Shown here: in pieces, positions 11,506 through 21,480 of the stretch
How positions within the stretch are numbered: position 1 is the first letter of the stretch
Layout: each line of letters opens with the position of its first letter
NCBI RefSeq assembly: GCF_001194135.2
Contig: NC_069001.1
Coordinates: 19,856,394 to 19,892,504, forward strand
Direction of reading: 5' to 3'
DNA: 36,111 nucleotides
Source of the DNA: Octopus bimaculoides
Taxonomy: Eukaryota
Translations under genes and position numbers: made by a program
Notes under the pieces: model-generated
What the model was told of the DNA's origin: nothing
What the model saw: only the letters and a program-made list of their open reading frames with translations
Database searches by the model: none

Positions 11506-12263
11506 NNNNNNNNNNNNNNNNNNNNNNNNNNNNNNNNNNNNNNNNNNNNNNNNNNNNNNNNNNNNNNNNNNNNNNNNNNNNNNNNNNNNNNNNNNNNNNN
11601 NNNNNNNNNNNNNNNNNNNNNNNNNNNNNNNNNNNNNNNNNNNNNNNNNNNNNNNNNNNNNNNNNNNNNNNNNNNNNNNNNNNNNNNNNNNNNNNNNNNN
11701 NNNNNNNNNNNNNNNNNNNNNNNNNNNNNNNNNNNNNNNNNNNNNNNNNNNNNNNNNNNNNNNNNNNNNNNNNNNNNNNNNNNNNNNNNNNNNNNNNNNN
11801 NNNNNNNNNNNNNNNNNNNNNNNNNNNNNNNNNNNNNNNNNNNNNNNNNNNNNNNNNNNNNNNNNNNNNNNNNNNNNNNNNNNNNNNNNNNNNNNNNNNN
11901 NNNNNNNNNNNNNNNNNNNNNNNNNNNNNNNNNNNNNNNNNNNNNNNNNNNNNNNNNNNNNNNNNNNNNNNNNNNNNNNNNNNNNNNNNNNNNNNNNNNN
12001 NNNNNNNNNNNNNNNNNNNNNNNNNNNNNNNNNNNNNNNNNNNNNNNNNNNNNNNNNNNNNNNNNNNNNNNNNNNNNNNNNNNNNNNNNNNNNNNNNNNN
12101 NNNNNNNNNNNNNNNNNNNNNNNNNNNNNNNNNNNNNNNNNNNNNNNNNNNNNNNNNNNNNNNNNNNNNNNNNNNNNNNNNNNNNNNNNNNNNNNNNNNN
12201 NNNNNNNNNNNNNNNNNNNNNNNNNNNNNNNNNNNNNNNNNNNNNNNNNNNNNNNNNNNNNNN
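11506..12263. other. Assembly gap
   Basis: N run. Confidence 1.
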
Positions 12264-12627
12264 TCTTGTGCGGGTGGCACATGAGATGCACCATTTTGAG
12301 CGTGGCCGTTGCCAGTACCGCCTGACTGGCTCCCGTAGGATTTTCGAGCGAGATCGTTGCCAGTGCCCCTGGACTGGCTTGTGCGGGTGGCACATAAAAG
12401 ACACCATTTCGAGCGTGGCCGTTTTCGTGCTGGTGACACGTAAAAGCACCCACTACACTCTCTGAGTGGTTGGCGTTAGGAAGGGCATCCAGCTGTAGAA
12501 ACTCTGCCAAATTAGACTGGAGCCTGGTGTTGCCATCCGGTTTCACCAGTCCTCAGTCAAATCGTCCAACCCATGCTAGCATGGAAAGCGGACGTTAAAC
12601 GATGATGATGATGATGATGATGATGAT
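12264..12627 (+). mobile_element. Family 2 SINE with (GAT)n tail
   Basis: ggcgttaggaagggcatccagctgtagaaactctgccaa...ggaaagcggacgttaaacgatgatgatg. Confidence 0.8.
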
Positions 12628-12819
12628 CTATGGAAGCTATAAGGTGTTGTACAAACACTCAGTTCTGAGTGCACTACATCTTACAACAAAAACCTTTGCA
12701 TCAAGTTCACTGTATACTTTCCTGTTCCTTTGTCATTTATTTAATTTCATATTAAACTCTGTACACAACACTTTACTCTTGAGCACATATATATGCACAC
12801 ATATATATACGCACATATG

Positions 12820-14890
12820 TATGTGAGGGCTGCAATAGCGAGGAAGGAGTCGCACAAAGCTTTATGTAATAATAGAACTGAGCAAATGAAAGCCAGGTAT
12901 AACATGAAGAATTGTGCAAAGAGGGTGGTTGCAAGATCTATAAGGAGGCTGAGGAGAGGTTGAGTGGGCTGGATGAGAACCCAGGTAGAGTGTTTAGCTC
13001 TATTAAATCATTGAAAGAGATGTTGAGGGAGGAAGATGCATGAGTGGGAGTGATGGAAGGTTGAATTTTAGTGAGGACAGGGGAAGAGTTTGGAAGGAGC
13101 AGATGGTAGAAATAATGAATGAGGAGAATGAATGGGACCAGAAGGTGGAAGTCGCTGTGGTGAAGGGGCCAGTGGAGAGGGTCAGTTGGGGGAAGTAGTG
13201 GAGGCAATGAAGGAAATGAAAACAGGAAAGGCAACTGGTCCACCAGAAGTAAGTGCGGAAATGATAACTGCAATTGGAGAGATAGGGATAGTTGTGATGG
13301 TGGAGCTCTGCTAGGGTGTGCTGGATGGAAGAGGAATGCCAAATGACTAAGCACTGTAGTGGGACTGATCTTCAAGAGGAAGGGGGATGCGATGAGTTGT
13401 GGGGTGTATAGGGGAGTGAAGTTATTGGAGTAGGCAATTAAGATAATAGAAAGTGTGTTCATCATCATCATCATCATCGTTTAACGTCCGCTTTCCATGC
13501 TAGCATGGGTTGGACGATTTGACTGAGGACTGGTGAAACCGGATGGCAACACCAGGCTCCGGAGAATTCGGTGGATGTGGATGAGATGCAATTTGGTTTT
13601 ATGCCAGGAAGGGGGACAATAGATGCAGTGTTCATTGTAAGGAAACTGCAAGAGGAATACCGAGATAAAGAGCAGGAGCTGTACATGTGCTTCGTTGATC
13701 TGGAGAAGGCATTTGATAGGGTTCCTAGGAAGGTGATTGAGTGGGCATTGAGGAAGAGAAGTATACTAGAGGTAACAATAAGGGCAGTGATGAGTTTGTA
13801 CGAGGAGATAAAGACAAGAGTTAGAATTAGATCAGAGCTGTCGGAGGCTTGCGGTGAAAGTTAGAGTGCATCAGAGATCTGTGTTGTCACTGTTGTTGTT
13901 TGCAATAGTCGTTGATGTGGTAATGGAGAGCACAAGAGAGGGATTGATAATCGAGATACCGTATATGAATGAGTTTGTTCTGATGAGTGAGACAATGGAG
14001 GGAATGAGGGAGAAGTTTTGGAAATGGAAGGAGGCGTTTGAAAGCAAGGCTTTGAAGGTAAACCTCGGGAAGACAAAAGTGATGGTGAGTGGAGTAGAAG
14101 GAGAAGTGTTAGTGAGTAAGGTGGATCTATGTGGTGTATGTGGGAGGAGGGTAATGGCAAATACAGTGTTGTGTACTAGATGTGATAAATAGTTTCATGG
14201 CAGATGTACGAAAATGAAGGTGACCCCAAGACTGGCAAGGGAGTTTCTTTGTGGAAGATGTGAGAAAGGAGCTGGAGGGCTGGCAGAACTAGTGGAAACA
14301 CTATGTGACGAGGTGGAAACAATGAGAGGGATTTGTTATTTGGGAGATAGGGTAGATGTAAGTGGTGGATGTGAAGCAGCTGTGATGGCAAGAGCAAGAC
14401 TTGGGTGGGTGAAGTTCAGGGAATGTGGAGCATTGTGTGAGAGTTGTGTGAGAGCTGCAATGCTATGAGACATGGTGTCTGAGGGAGAGAGAGTTGGTAA
14501 TTTAGGGGGAGGACCAAGAGAGCAATGGTGAAAGAAATGTGTGGTGTGAAAATGTTTGATAAGAGGATTGGGGACTTAATGGGGATGCTGAAGTTGGAAG
14601 AATCAGTGGAATGGCTGGCAAGGGCGAATGGAGTGTGGTGGTATGGGCATGTGATGAGGAGCATGTTCTGAGGAAGGTGCTTGCGTTAGAGGCAAATGGA
14701 CAGTGAAAGCGAGGTAGACTGAGGAAAATGTGGAGGGGACAGGTGGAGGAGATTCGGAGGGTTGGCTTGAGAAGGGAGGACACCCAAAACCGGGCAAGAT
14801 GGTGTGAGGGCGGTTGCTATGGCATTGAGGTAGATCCGTCCACCCTACTTAATGGGGACAAAACCCGGATTTAAAACACTGGATGATGAT
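12820..14890 (+). mobile_element. 5'-truncated RTE-type LINE (second family) with disrupted RT and an inserted PHD-like finger
   Basis: Translations [82 protein letters not shown]...CTRC...FHGRC...CGRC and YLGD. The tail ends ttaaaacactggatgatgat. Confidence 0.85.
13460..13560 (-). mobile_element. 5'-truncated family 2 SINE inserted antisense into the RTE RT
   Basis: (CAT)n-cgtttaacgtccgc...accaggctcc interrupts the RT between IIESVF and [11 protein letters not shown]. Confidence 0.85.
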
Positions 14891-14894
14891 ACAT

Positions 14895-15215
14895 TCACAA
14901 GTGAATACACACATGTATACACATGCACACATGCATAAGTATCTATACACATATATACTCATATATGTACACAAACACACACACACATATATATACATAC
15001 ACATTCGCATGTATATACACACATTTATACACGCACATATGTATACACGCACATATATACACACACATGCACTGTATCTATACACATATATACACACACA
15101 TACACACACTCATGTACACATATACACACACATATATACATGCACATATATACATGCACACGTACACACATATATACACACACATGTACACACATATTTA
15201 TACACATATATACAG
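14895..15215. repeat. Degenerate (CA)/(TA)/(CATA) low-complexity tract
   Basis: Seen directly. It gives the spurious H/T/Y/I-rich ORFs. Confidence 0.9.
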
Positions 15216-15720
15216 AAAACTAGAAATAGATTGAAATAATCAAAACTTCAATCAACTGAGTGAACTACGATATACAAGAAAATTAATGCATTGTACAGAA
15301 ATAATCTTCCTCAAAAAGACAAGTATTATATTTCAAATTTTTGACAATCCCACATGTTTACGGAGACTTTGGAATGCATCCAAAACAAATTTTAAGTTTC
15401 CAATTATGTGATAATGTTTGCTTTCTTAGAATATTAACAGGAACAAACTTCTGTATACCATTTTTTGTTTAATTAATTATCAAATGTTATGAAAAGGCAA
15501 AAATCTTAGGTAAGCTTAGTTCTTGTTGTTCATATGTTTATGGAATTATCATGTATCAAGTAAGTATAACGATAACTTCATTTGATATTTTTTGTTATAA
15601 ACAAATAGGCTATATACTATTTTACAAGCATTTTCAGATGTAGCACGGTAATTAGACATTTTTGTTTCTTTCCATCATACTGAAAATATTTATCTATAAA
15701 TCTATAACCAAATCAACAAA

Positions 15721-15763
<43 letters not shown>

Positions 15764-15773
15764 NNNNNNNNNN
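15764..15773. other. Assembly gap (10 N)
   Basis: N run after (TA)n. Confidence 1.
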
Positions 15774-15789
15774 CTGTTTCCATCCTCCA

Positions 15790-15925
15790 TATCCACTTAC
15801 AAGCCTTTGATTGGTCTGGGGCCATAGTAAAAAAAAAACTTGCCTGAGATGCCACACAATAGGACAGAATGCAGAACCATACAGTTGGGAAGCAAACTTT
15901 TTACCACACAGTCATGCCTGTGCCT
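15790..15925 (-). mobile_element. Family 1 SINE head, CpG-eroded
   Basis: Reverse complement aggcacaggcatgactgtgtggtaaaaagtttgcttcccaac matches the head at 2145. Confidence 0.7.
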
Positions 15926-16070
15926 ATGTAGATATGTGTGTATATATATATATGTATATATGCATATATATGTGTGTGTGTGTGTATATGTATGTGTATT
16001 TATGTACATATGTGTGAATATATGTGTGTATATATGTGTACATATATGTATATGTGTGCGTGTGTATATT

Positions 16071-16131
<61 letters not shown>

Positions 16132-16294
16132 GATATCATGATATTTATCGCCATATCAGTATGACTGTTCAACGTTACTACCATTTTAACCCTTGGCAGA
16201 TCCTCCACCAGCTGATTACCGATGCAGCCTGTACACTGTATATATTGCAAGCAAGGGAGTGAACCCCTACCATCATCTAGCAGATGACGAGATA

Positions 16295-16339
16295 ACAAAA
16301 CAAAACAGTTTCAGGCTACTTGTGCCCATCTTCAGTCGT
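16295..16339 (-). ncRNA. Type I hammerhead ribozyme motif, left arm of foldback 1
   Basis: Minus strand ACGA-CTGAAGA-T-GGGC ACAAGTA GCCT-GAAAC-TGTTTT-GTT-TTGT. Core intact, stem II 4 bp, stem I ACGA/TTGT, GUU triplet. Confidence 0.6.
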
Positions 16340-16365
16340 GAACACCCTATCATTTTCTATGTCTA

Positions 16366-16410
16366 ACAACTGAAGATGGACACAAGTAGTCCAAAACCAT
16401 TTCATCTTGT
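16366..16410 (+). ncRNA. Type I hammerhead ribozyme motif (G12 mutated), right arm of foldback 1
   Basis: ACAA-CTGAAGA-T-GGAC ACAAGTA GTCC-AAAAC-CATTTC-ATC-TTGT. Stems I and II pair perfectly; GAAA is mutated to AAAA. Confidence 0.55.
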
Positions 16411-16606
16411 GATCCTATCATCTACTAGAGGATGGTAGAAGTTTGCTTCCCTGCTTGCAAAACATACAGGGTACAGGCTGCACAGGTAACTAGCTGACAG
16501 AGAACCTGCCTGGGGTTAAAACAGTAGTAATGTCAAACAACCATATTGATGTGACAGTAACTATTACTTCTTATACATATGTATATGTATGTATATATAT
16601 ATATAT

Positions 16607-16707
16607 NNNNNNNNNNNNNNNNNNNNNNNNNNNNNNNNNNNNNNNNNNNNNNNNNNNNNNNNNNNNNNNNNNNNNNNNNNNNNNNNNNNNNNNNNNNNNN
16701 NNNNNNN
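16607..16707. other. Assembly gap between (TA)n tracts
   Basis: N run. Confidence 1.
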
Positions 16708-16761
<54 letters not shown>

Positions 16762-16935
16762 TGCATATAAGTATACATGTTGACAAGTATACACATATTG
16801 ATATATATATACACACACACATGTACACATATACACATGCATGCACATACATATACACACATGCATATACATAAACATACATAGACATGTGATAAGTGAG
16901 TGTAAAAAAGAAAAACAAATAGTATAGGAGAGCAA

Positions 16936-17340
16936 GAAGGTAAGTTTTCACAAAGGTGAAACAAAAAAGGGTGTTTGACATTTCGGATATTAGCCCTTCA
17001 TCAGAAAAAAAGAAAGAGGAGTTGTAGAAAGGATGGGAGAAGAGATAAATAGAAAAAAAGTTAGGGACCAGGTTGGAATCCAGTTCTATAGGGAGAAGTT
17101 GAGAGGAAGAGGTGGGTTGCTGTGTACATCTCTGTAAAGAGATTAGCAGTGGGGTGGGGGGCATGTGAGCAGTGTAGGGTATAGGTGGTTGGCTGGTGGT
17201 AAGTGGAGTTGAGGGGATAAGAATGTGGTAAAAGTGTGATGGAGGTGTGGAGGGGGAATAAATGGGGGAAAATTGTGAAGAAAACGGTGTAGTAGGTGAG
17301 AAAATATAAAATGTACAAATCCAGAGGAAAAGTTACAAAG
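16936..17340 (-). mobile_element. Probable PLE 3' UTR/pLTR remnant
   Basis: Purine-rich plus strand similar in character to 4560-5130, ending in a PLE-type hammerhead motif. No coding motif was recognised. Confidence 0.45.
16974..17007 (-). ncRNA. Minimal PLE-type hammerhead motif
   Basis: Minus strand TTT-CTGATGA-A-GGG CTAATA TCC-GAAA-TGTC-AAA. It matches the minimal PLE pattern CUGAUGA...GAAAcGUC with C15.2 changed to T. Confidence 0.6.
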
Positions 17341-18537
17341 TTTATATAAAGTAGAAAAAATTAAAGGTTAGGTATAATATCCAGAAAGAGAAATTGATCA
17401 TGAAAGGGTATAAGAAAATGGGAGAGAAAATAAGAACAGAATGGTTAAGAAATATGTGTGTATATATAAAGCATGTGGAATAACTGATGCAAAAATGAGA
17501 AGTGCAAAAGGAAGTGATAATTATAAAAAGGAAGTAAAAAGGAATGTAAAAAAGGATGGTATAAAACCTGTACAGAGCAAAGCTATTTTACATAAAACTG
17601 GTATTAGGTACTGTATTGAGTGTCCCAGAACCAATCATTTCAATTTATAGTTCATCTTAGAATTGTCCAAATTATGAATATACCCAATTAGTGAAACAGA
17701 GAGCCTAAAGCCTGGATTGGGGGAGTTCCTATGCACAGAAAAGTATAAAATTTACTACTATTGTAATTACTTAACATATATATACATTTGTACGTATGTG
17801 TTGCCTATTCAAAGGGCAACCTACAAGAATCCAATAGTTACATTCAAGTGGTGGGGACTTGAGGCAAACAGGTTTGTTAGCTACCCTGTGTGCTGTAGTA
17901 AGTACTGAGACATGCCCGGTGAGTAACTTTGCAGGCCAAGTTGAGATCTACTTAGATCCATTAAGTTCCCAGTAAGTATTTACTTCCAGCGGTAGTATGC
18001 CTCCTCTCAAGTTCTCTTGCAGCAGACACTAGGGCATGTACAATCTAGTTTGGGGTTTCAAGGATCTGCAAAAAGAACTCTCTGGTGTTAGTGCTCACAC
18101 TAGATGAGAAGGCAGGCCATACCAAATCACCTGTCTCCACCTCCTCTTTCCTCTACAGGAGTAATTTCTCCACCCTCCTGGCTGGGGGTCAGGGTTCACA
18201 GTTTCATGTCCATATAGTGTAGTTCACAGTTCAAGGCTGAACTACATATAGACACCTAGAGGTGTCACCCATCCATCCAGTGCTTCCACAATTCATTTGC
18301 TTGAGAAAACCCCAAGACCTGGTTGGCCGAATACTGCCCCTGTTCCATGTGGGGCTGGAACATTGCCATGGTGAATTGATGTCCTCATAACTCAATGGGG
18401 TTAGACAAATTCTCACTATCACCCAACATGTTAAATAGGTAAACATTTGATGAATTCCTGCCACAAATACTGGTAACTTCTGCCAATTAAATATAAAATA
18501 TAGATATATATTTATATATAAAAACACACACATCGTG

Positions 18538-18757
18538 TATTCTTTTATTTGTTGCAGTCATTTGACTGCAGCCATGCTGGAGCACCACCTTTAGCCAAGC
18601 AAATCGACCCCAGGATTTATTCTTTGTAAGCCTAATACTTATTTTATCAGTCTCTTTTGCCAAATTGCTAAATTGCTAAATTGCCAAATTGCTAAATTAC
18701 ACCAACATAGGTTGTCAAGCAATGTTGGGGGAACAAACACACACATATATATATGTG

Positions 18758-18793
<36 letters not shown>

Positions 18794-18919
18794 TGTCTAC
18801 CAAATCCACTCACAAGGCTAAAGTAGAAGACACTTGCCCAAGGTGCCATGCAGTGGGACTGAACCCAGAACCATGTGGTTGGTAAGCAAGTTACTTACCA
18901 CACAGCCACTCTTGCGCCT
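18538..18919 (-). mobile_element. Family 1 SINE, complete (head, TA/CA microsatellite, tail), CpG-eroded
   Basis: Reverse complement begins aggcgcaagagtggctgtgtggtaagtaacttgcttaccaaccacatggttctgggttcagtccc and ends gactgcaacaaataaaagaa. Confidence 0.85.
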
Positions 18920-18927
18920 ATTGAGAC

Positions 18928-19014
18928 GCTTACAGCATCTAGATTTCCCAAGTGGCCACCCATCTAAGTACTCACAAGGCTCGACATTGCTTAACTTTGG
19001 TGATCAGATGATCT
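18928..19014 (-). pseudogene. 5S rRNA-derived fragment (3' ~87 nt; 5' end missing)
   Basis: Reverse complement gatcatctgatcaccaaagttaagcaatgtcgagccttgtgagtacttagatgggtggccacttgggaaatctagatgctgtaagc aligns to invertebrate 5S (GATCACCGAAGTTAAGCAACGTCG...AGTACTTGGATGGGTGACC...GGGAATACCGGGTGCTGTA), including box A and box C regions. Confidence 0.8.
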
Positions 19015-19146
19015 AAACATGAATATACAATAGAAAAACCACACAACTGCAGTGTTTGTCTCAAGAAAGCATCTCATACAGATGTATAGTACAAAAAGCA
19101 CAGAATATCAATAACAGACAAAAATTATCCAGTGGTGATGATGATG

Positions 19147-19191
19147 TTGCTGAGTCCAGATTTCTATATATCTGTGCATCATCAGGAGCAA
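19147..19191 (-). ncRNA. Hammerhead-like motif, left arm of foldback 2
   Basis: Minus strand TTGCTC-CTGATGA-TGCACAGATATATA-GAAA-TCTGGACT-CAGCAA. CTGATGA and GAAA are intact; stem II and U16.1 are degraded. Confidence 0.45.
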
Positions 19192-19236
19192 GCCATCCAC
19201 AAGCAACCAAATGTTTAGACAAATTTAACCTCTACT

Positions 19237-19269
<33 letters not shown>

Positions 19270-19430
19270 GATTAGCAAATCACTGGTGTTGGAATAATAC
19301 TGCTTCCATCACTAATAACGAACTTTTACCAAGCCTGCTGGCTATTTGCAACACCAGCTATTTGTTAAACACAATTTTTCTATATCAGTAGAGGTTGAGT
19401 TTGTTTATTCATGCAGTTGCTTGTGGGTGC

Positions 19431-19475
19431 TTGCTACTAAGGACACAAAAATATGCAGAAATCTGGATTTAGCAA
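19431..19475 (+). ncRNA. Hammerhead-like motif, right arm of foldback 2
   Basis: TTGCTA-CTAAGGA-CACAAAAATATGCA-GAAA-TC TG GA-TT-TAGCAA. Stem I is a perfect 6 bp (TTGCTA/TAGCAA), stem III is ATC/GAT, and G5 is mutated. Confidence 0.45.
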
Positions 19476-19593
19476 TTCCATTGTTACTGCTGGATGATTT
19501 TCATCTGTGCTTTTTAGCATAATACGTGTGTAAGATGTTTTCTCAAGATGAATATTGCAGTTGTGTGACTTTCTACAGTACATCCACATTAAG

Positions 19594-20000
19594 TTAGATA
19601 TACAGAATGCTATTTTGAAATGATAATGATTCTATCTCTAATAATTGTATGTGAATAATATTTGTTTTATTGTAGAATACTTTATTTAGTATTTTATCTG
19701 TGGAAGAGAATATAAATGTTCTTTTATATAACCATTTTATCACTGACATATTGCTGGCATTTGCTATATTTATGTATGTATATGCATTTGTGTCTTTTAT
19801 GTACATCAGTCAAATGTAGCTATTGTTTTTAATCCGAATGTCTATATCTGGAAATGGTATTGTATTAGCATTGTTCTAAATGTTGAATTTTAATATTGAT
19901 TTGATCACTATGTCCTTTAATTTCTCATTGTCTTCTGAAGTGTCCATTTCGACTAGTATATCATCTATGTATGTAATATATGTAACCTATAGCAACTGGG
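19594..20000 (-). mobile_element. PLE reverse transcriptase remnant
   Basis: Minus translation YIDDILV (19971-19960 = YIDD)...KFNI*NNANTIPFPDIDI...MYIKDTNAYTYIN...SVIKWLYKRTF resembles PLE RT motifs (YxDD, KFTxExE, IPFLD, VYRKPT). Confidence 0.65.
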
Positions 20001-20639
20001 GGTTTTTTTGTTTGTTTATAGAGCTTAACCTTGTGGGCAGTGAAAAGGGACTAATTGGTTTTTTGCAGGTTATTAATATTTTGGGGTTTTTTAAAAATTA
20101 TTTTGCTGACATCAGAGGTGGCTTTATTTAAGAATGTTTGAATGCATTATCCAATATAATTTTGATAGTTTTTGATACTAGAACATTATTAAAATGACTT
20201 TCTATAAGGCAGATACAGAGAGTACCTATTTCTAAATTATCAAGAAGTCCTCAAAAAGATTAAATTAGAACATAGTATTATTTTCAATATATCAAATCTA
20301 ACAGAAAAACTGTTCGACATATATAGAAATATAAAACAAAATAGCAAAATCAAAAAATGTAGAATAGAATTCCTGAAGAAATTGATGGAAAGAGAAAGAC
20401 ACAAAGCAAGTTAAGTGATAGAAATTATAGAAGCTAAAATTATATGGTTGCAGAAGGAAGGAGATAAATCAGTGAGAGAAACATTTATAAACAATGTGTA
20501 TATGTAGCTCCAGATAATATATAGATATCACTTTCTAGATATGTTATATAAATAAAGTAAGTAAACTACAGAAAAGAAAGTTCATACCACCCACACAAGA
20601 TAAATTTAATAACTTATCTTCCCCACACTCAATCAGAAC

Positions 20640-21480
20640 TGGTGCTGCCAAGCATTTGGTTCTGGCCCCCACTCTACACATCAATGACTTACTAACCACC
20701 ACATCCAGCAACACCCACTCTTATGCATATGACATGACCCTTTTTCACCCGGCTCTAGACTTTGCTAATCATACACATGCCAAACCAGCATTGATTCTAT
20801 AAACAGAGACCATGAGAACATCGTACAGTGGGGTCTTGTCAACCTCAGGCATTATTCATATCACCACTCTCTCTTAACATGAGTGAAACTCAGCTAGAAC
20901 CCTCACAATCACTCTAACTGTTGAGCCTCACAATCACCGAGGACCTCTGCTGGTGAAACACATCTCAATGACCAGTCTTTCTCTTTAGAGGCAGAAGATA
21001 TTTCAAGCCCCCAGTTGCTGACACTCTACAAGGCCACAATGGAGTATTGCTCTCACATCTGGGATGGTGTTGTTGCTACACATATTGACATCCCAATTAC
21101 ATCCAAAGAAAGGCTGCTTGGATGATCAGCATATCATCGCGAATGAACACACTTGTCTCTACTCTTTATTTTGTTTCTACTATACTGGCCTCTACTCCTC
21201 AAAATTTATTGATCTCACACCTCCACCACTCAGGCTTCCCTGACACCAGTGTATCCACCTCTCATCACCCACAGTGCATCCGTTAGCTTGTCCACCCCTC
21301 CCAAGCACTAACCACTACATCCAATCTCTTATCTCCAGAACATCAATCCTCTGGAGCCTTCTTCCTTTTCATATCCTTCTTGCAAGTGTTGACCTGCAGC
21401 ATTAACACTATTATTTTCACCAGCCTGAGGGGACCTGCAAATGTCATGGACTGTATCCAATCCTCCAGACTCAGCAAGTA
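20640..21480 (+). mobile_element. CR1-group LINE 3' remnant (RT and C-terminal region)
   Basis: Frameshifted translations VLAPTL.INDLLTTTSSNTHSYAYD, LTITEDLCWVKHI, PQLLTLYKATMEYCSHIWDG, IQRKAAWMI. Same family as 34090-35240. The exact clade is uncertain. Confidence 0.75.

Larger units (their letters stand above)
16143..16563. repeat. Foldback element 1: long imperfect inverted repeat with a ~32-nt spacer
   Basis: 16155-16336 aligns without gaps to the reverse complement of 16369-16550 (139/182 identical by hand count). Weaker similarity extends to about 16143 and 16563. Confidence 0.92.
19016..19590. repeat. Foldback element 2: ~575-bp imperfect palindrome
   Basis: Collinear matches between arms, e.g. 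cacacaactgca (19040) / tgcagttgtgtg (19556), aaaaagcacaga / tctgtgcttttt, tccagatttct / agaaatctgga, ccacaagcaac / gttgcttgtgg, aacctctactg / cagtagaggtt. Centre at about 19292-19350. The left arm carries a poly(A) expansion. Confidence 0.88.

Noticed and set aside
16184-16521. TTAACCC...GGGTTAA inside foldback 1 as piggyBac termini
   Set aside because: Arm symmetry continues ~40 bp beyond these sites on both sides, so they are internal. Not fully excluded.
18928-19014. Functional 5S rRNA gene
   Set aside because: It lacks the 5' ~30 nt, has many substitutions, and has no oligo(T) terminator or tandem array.
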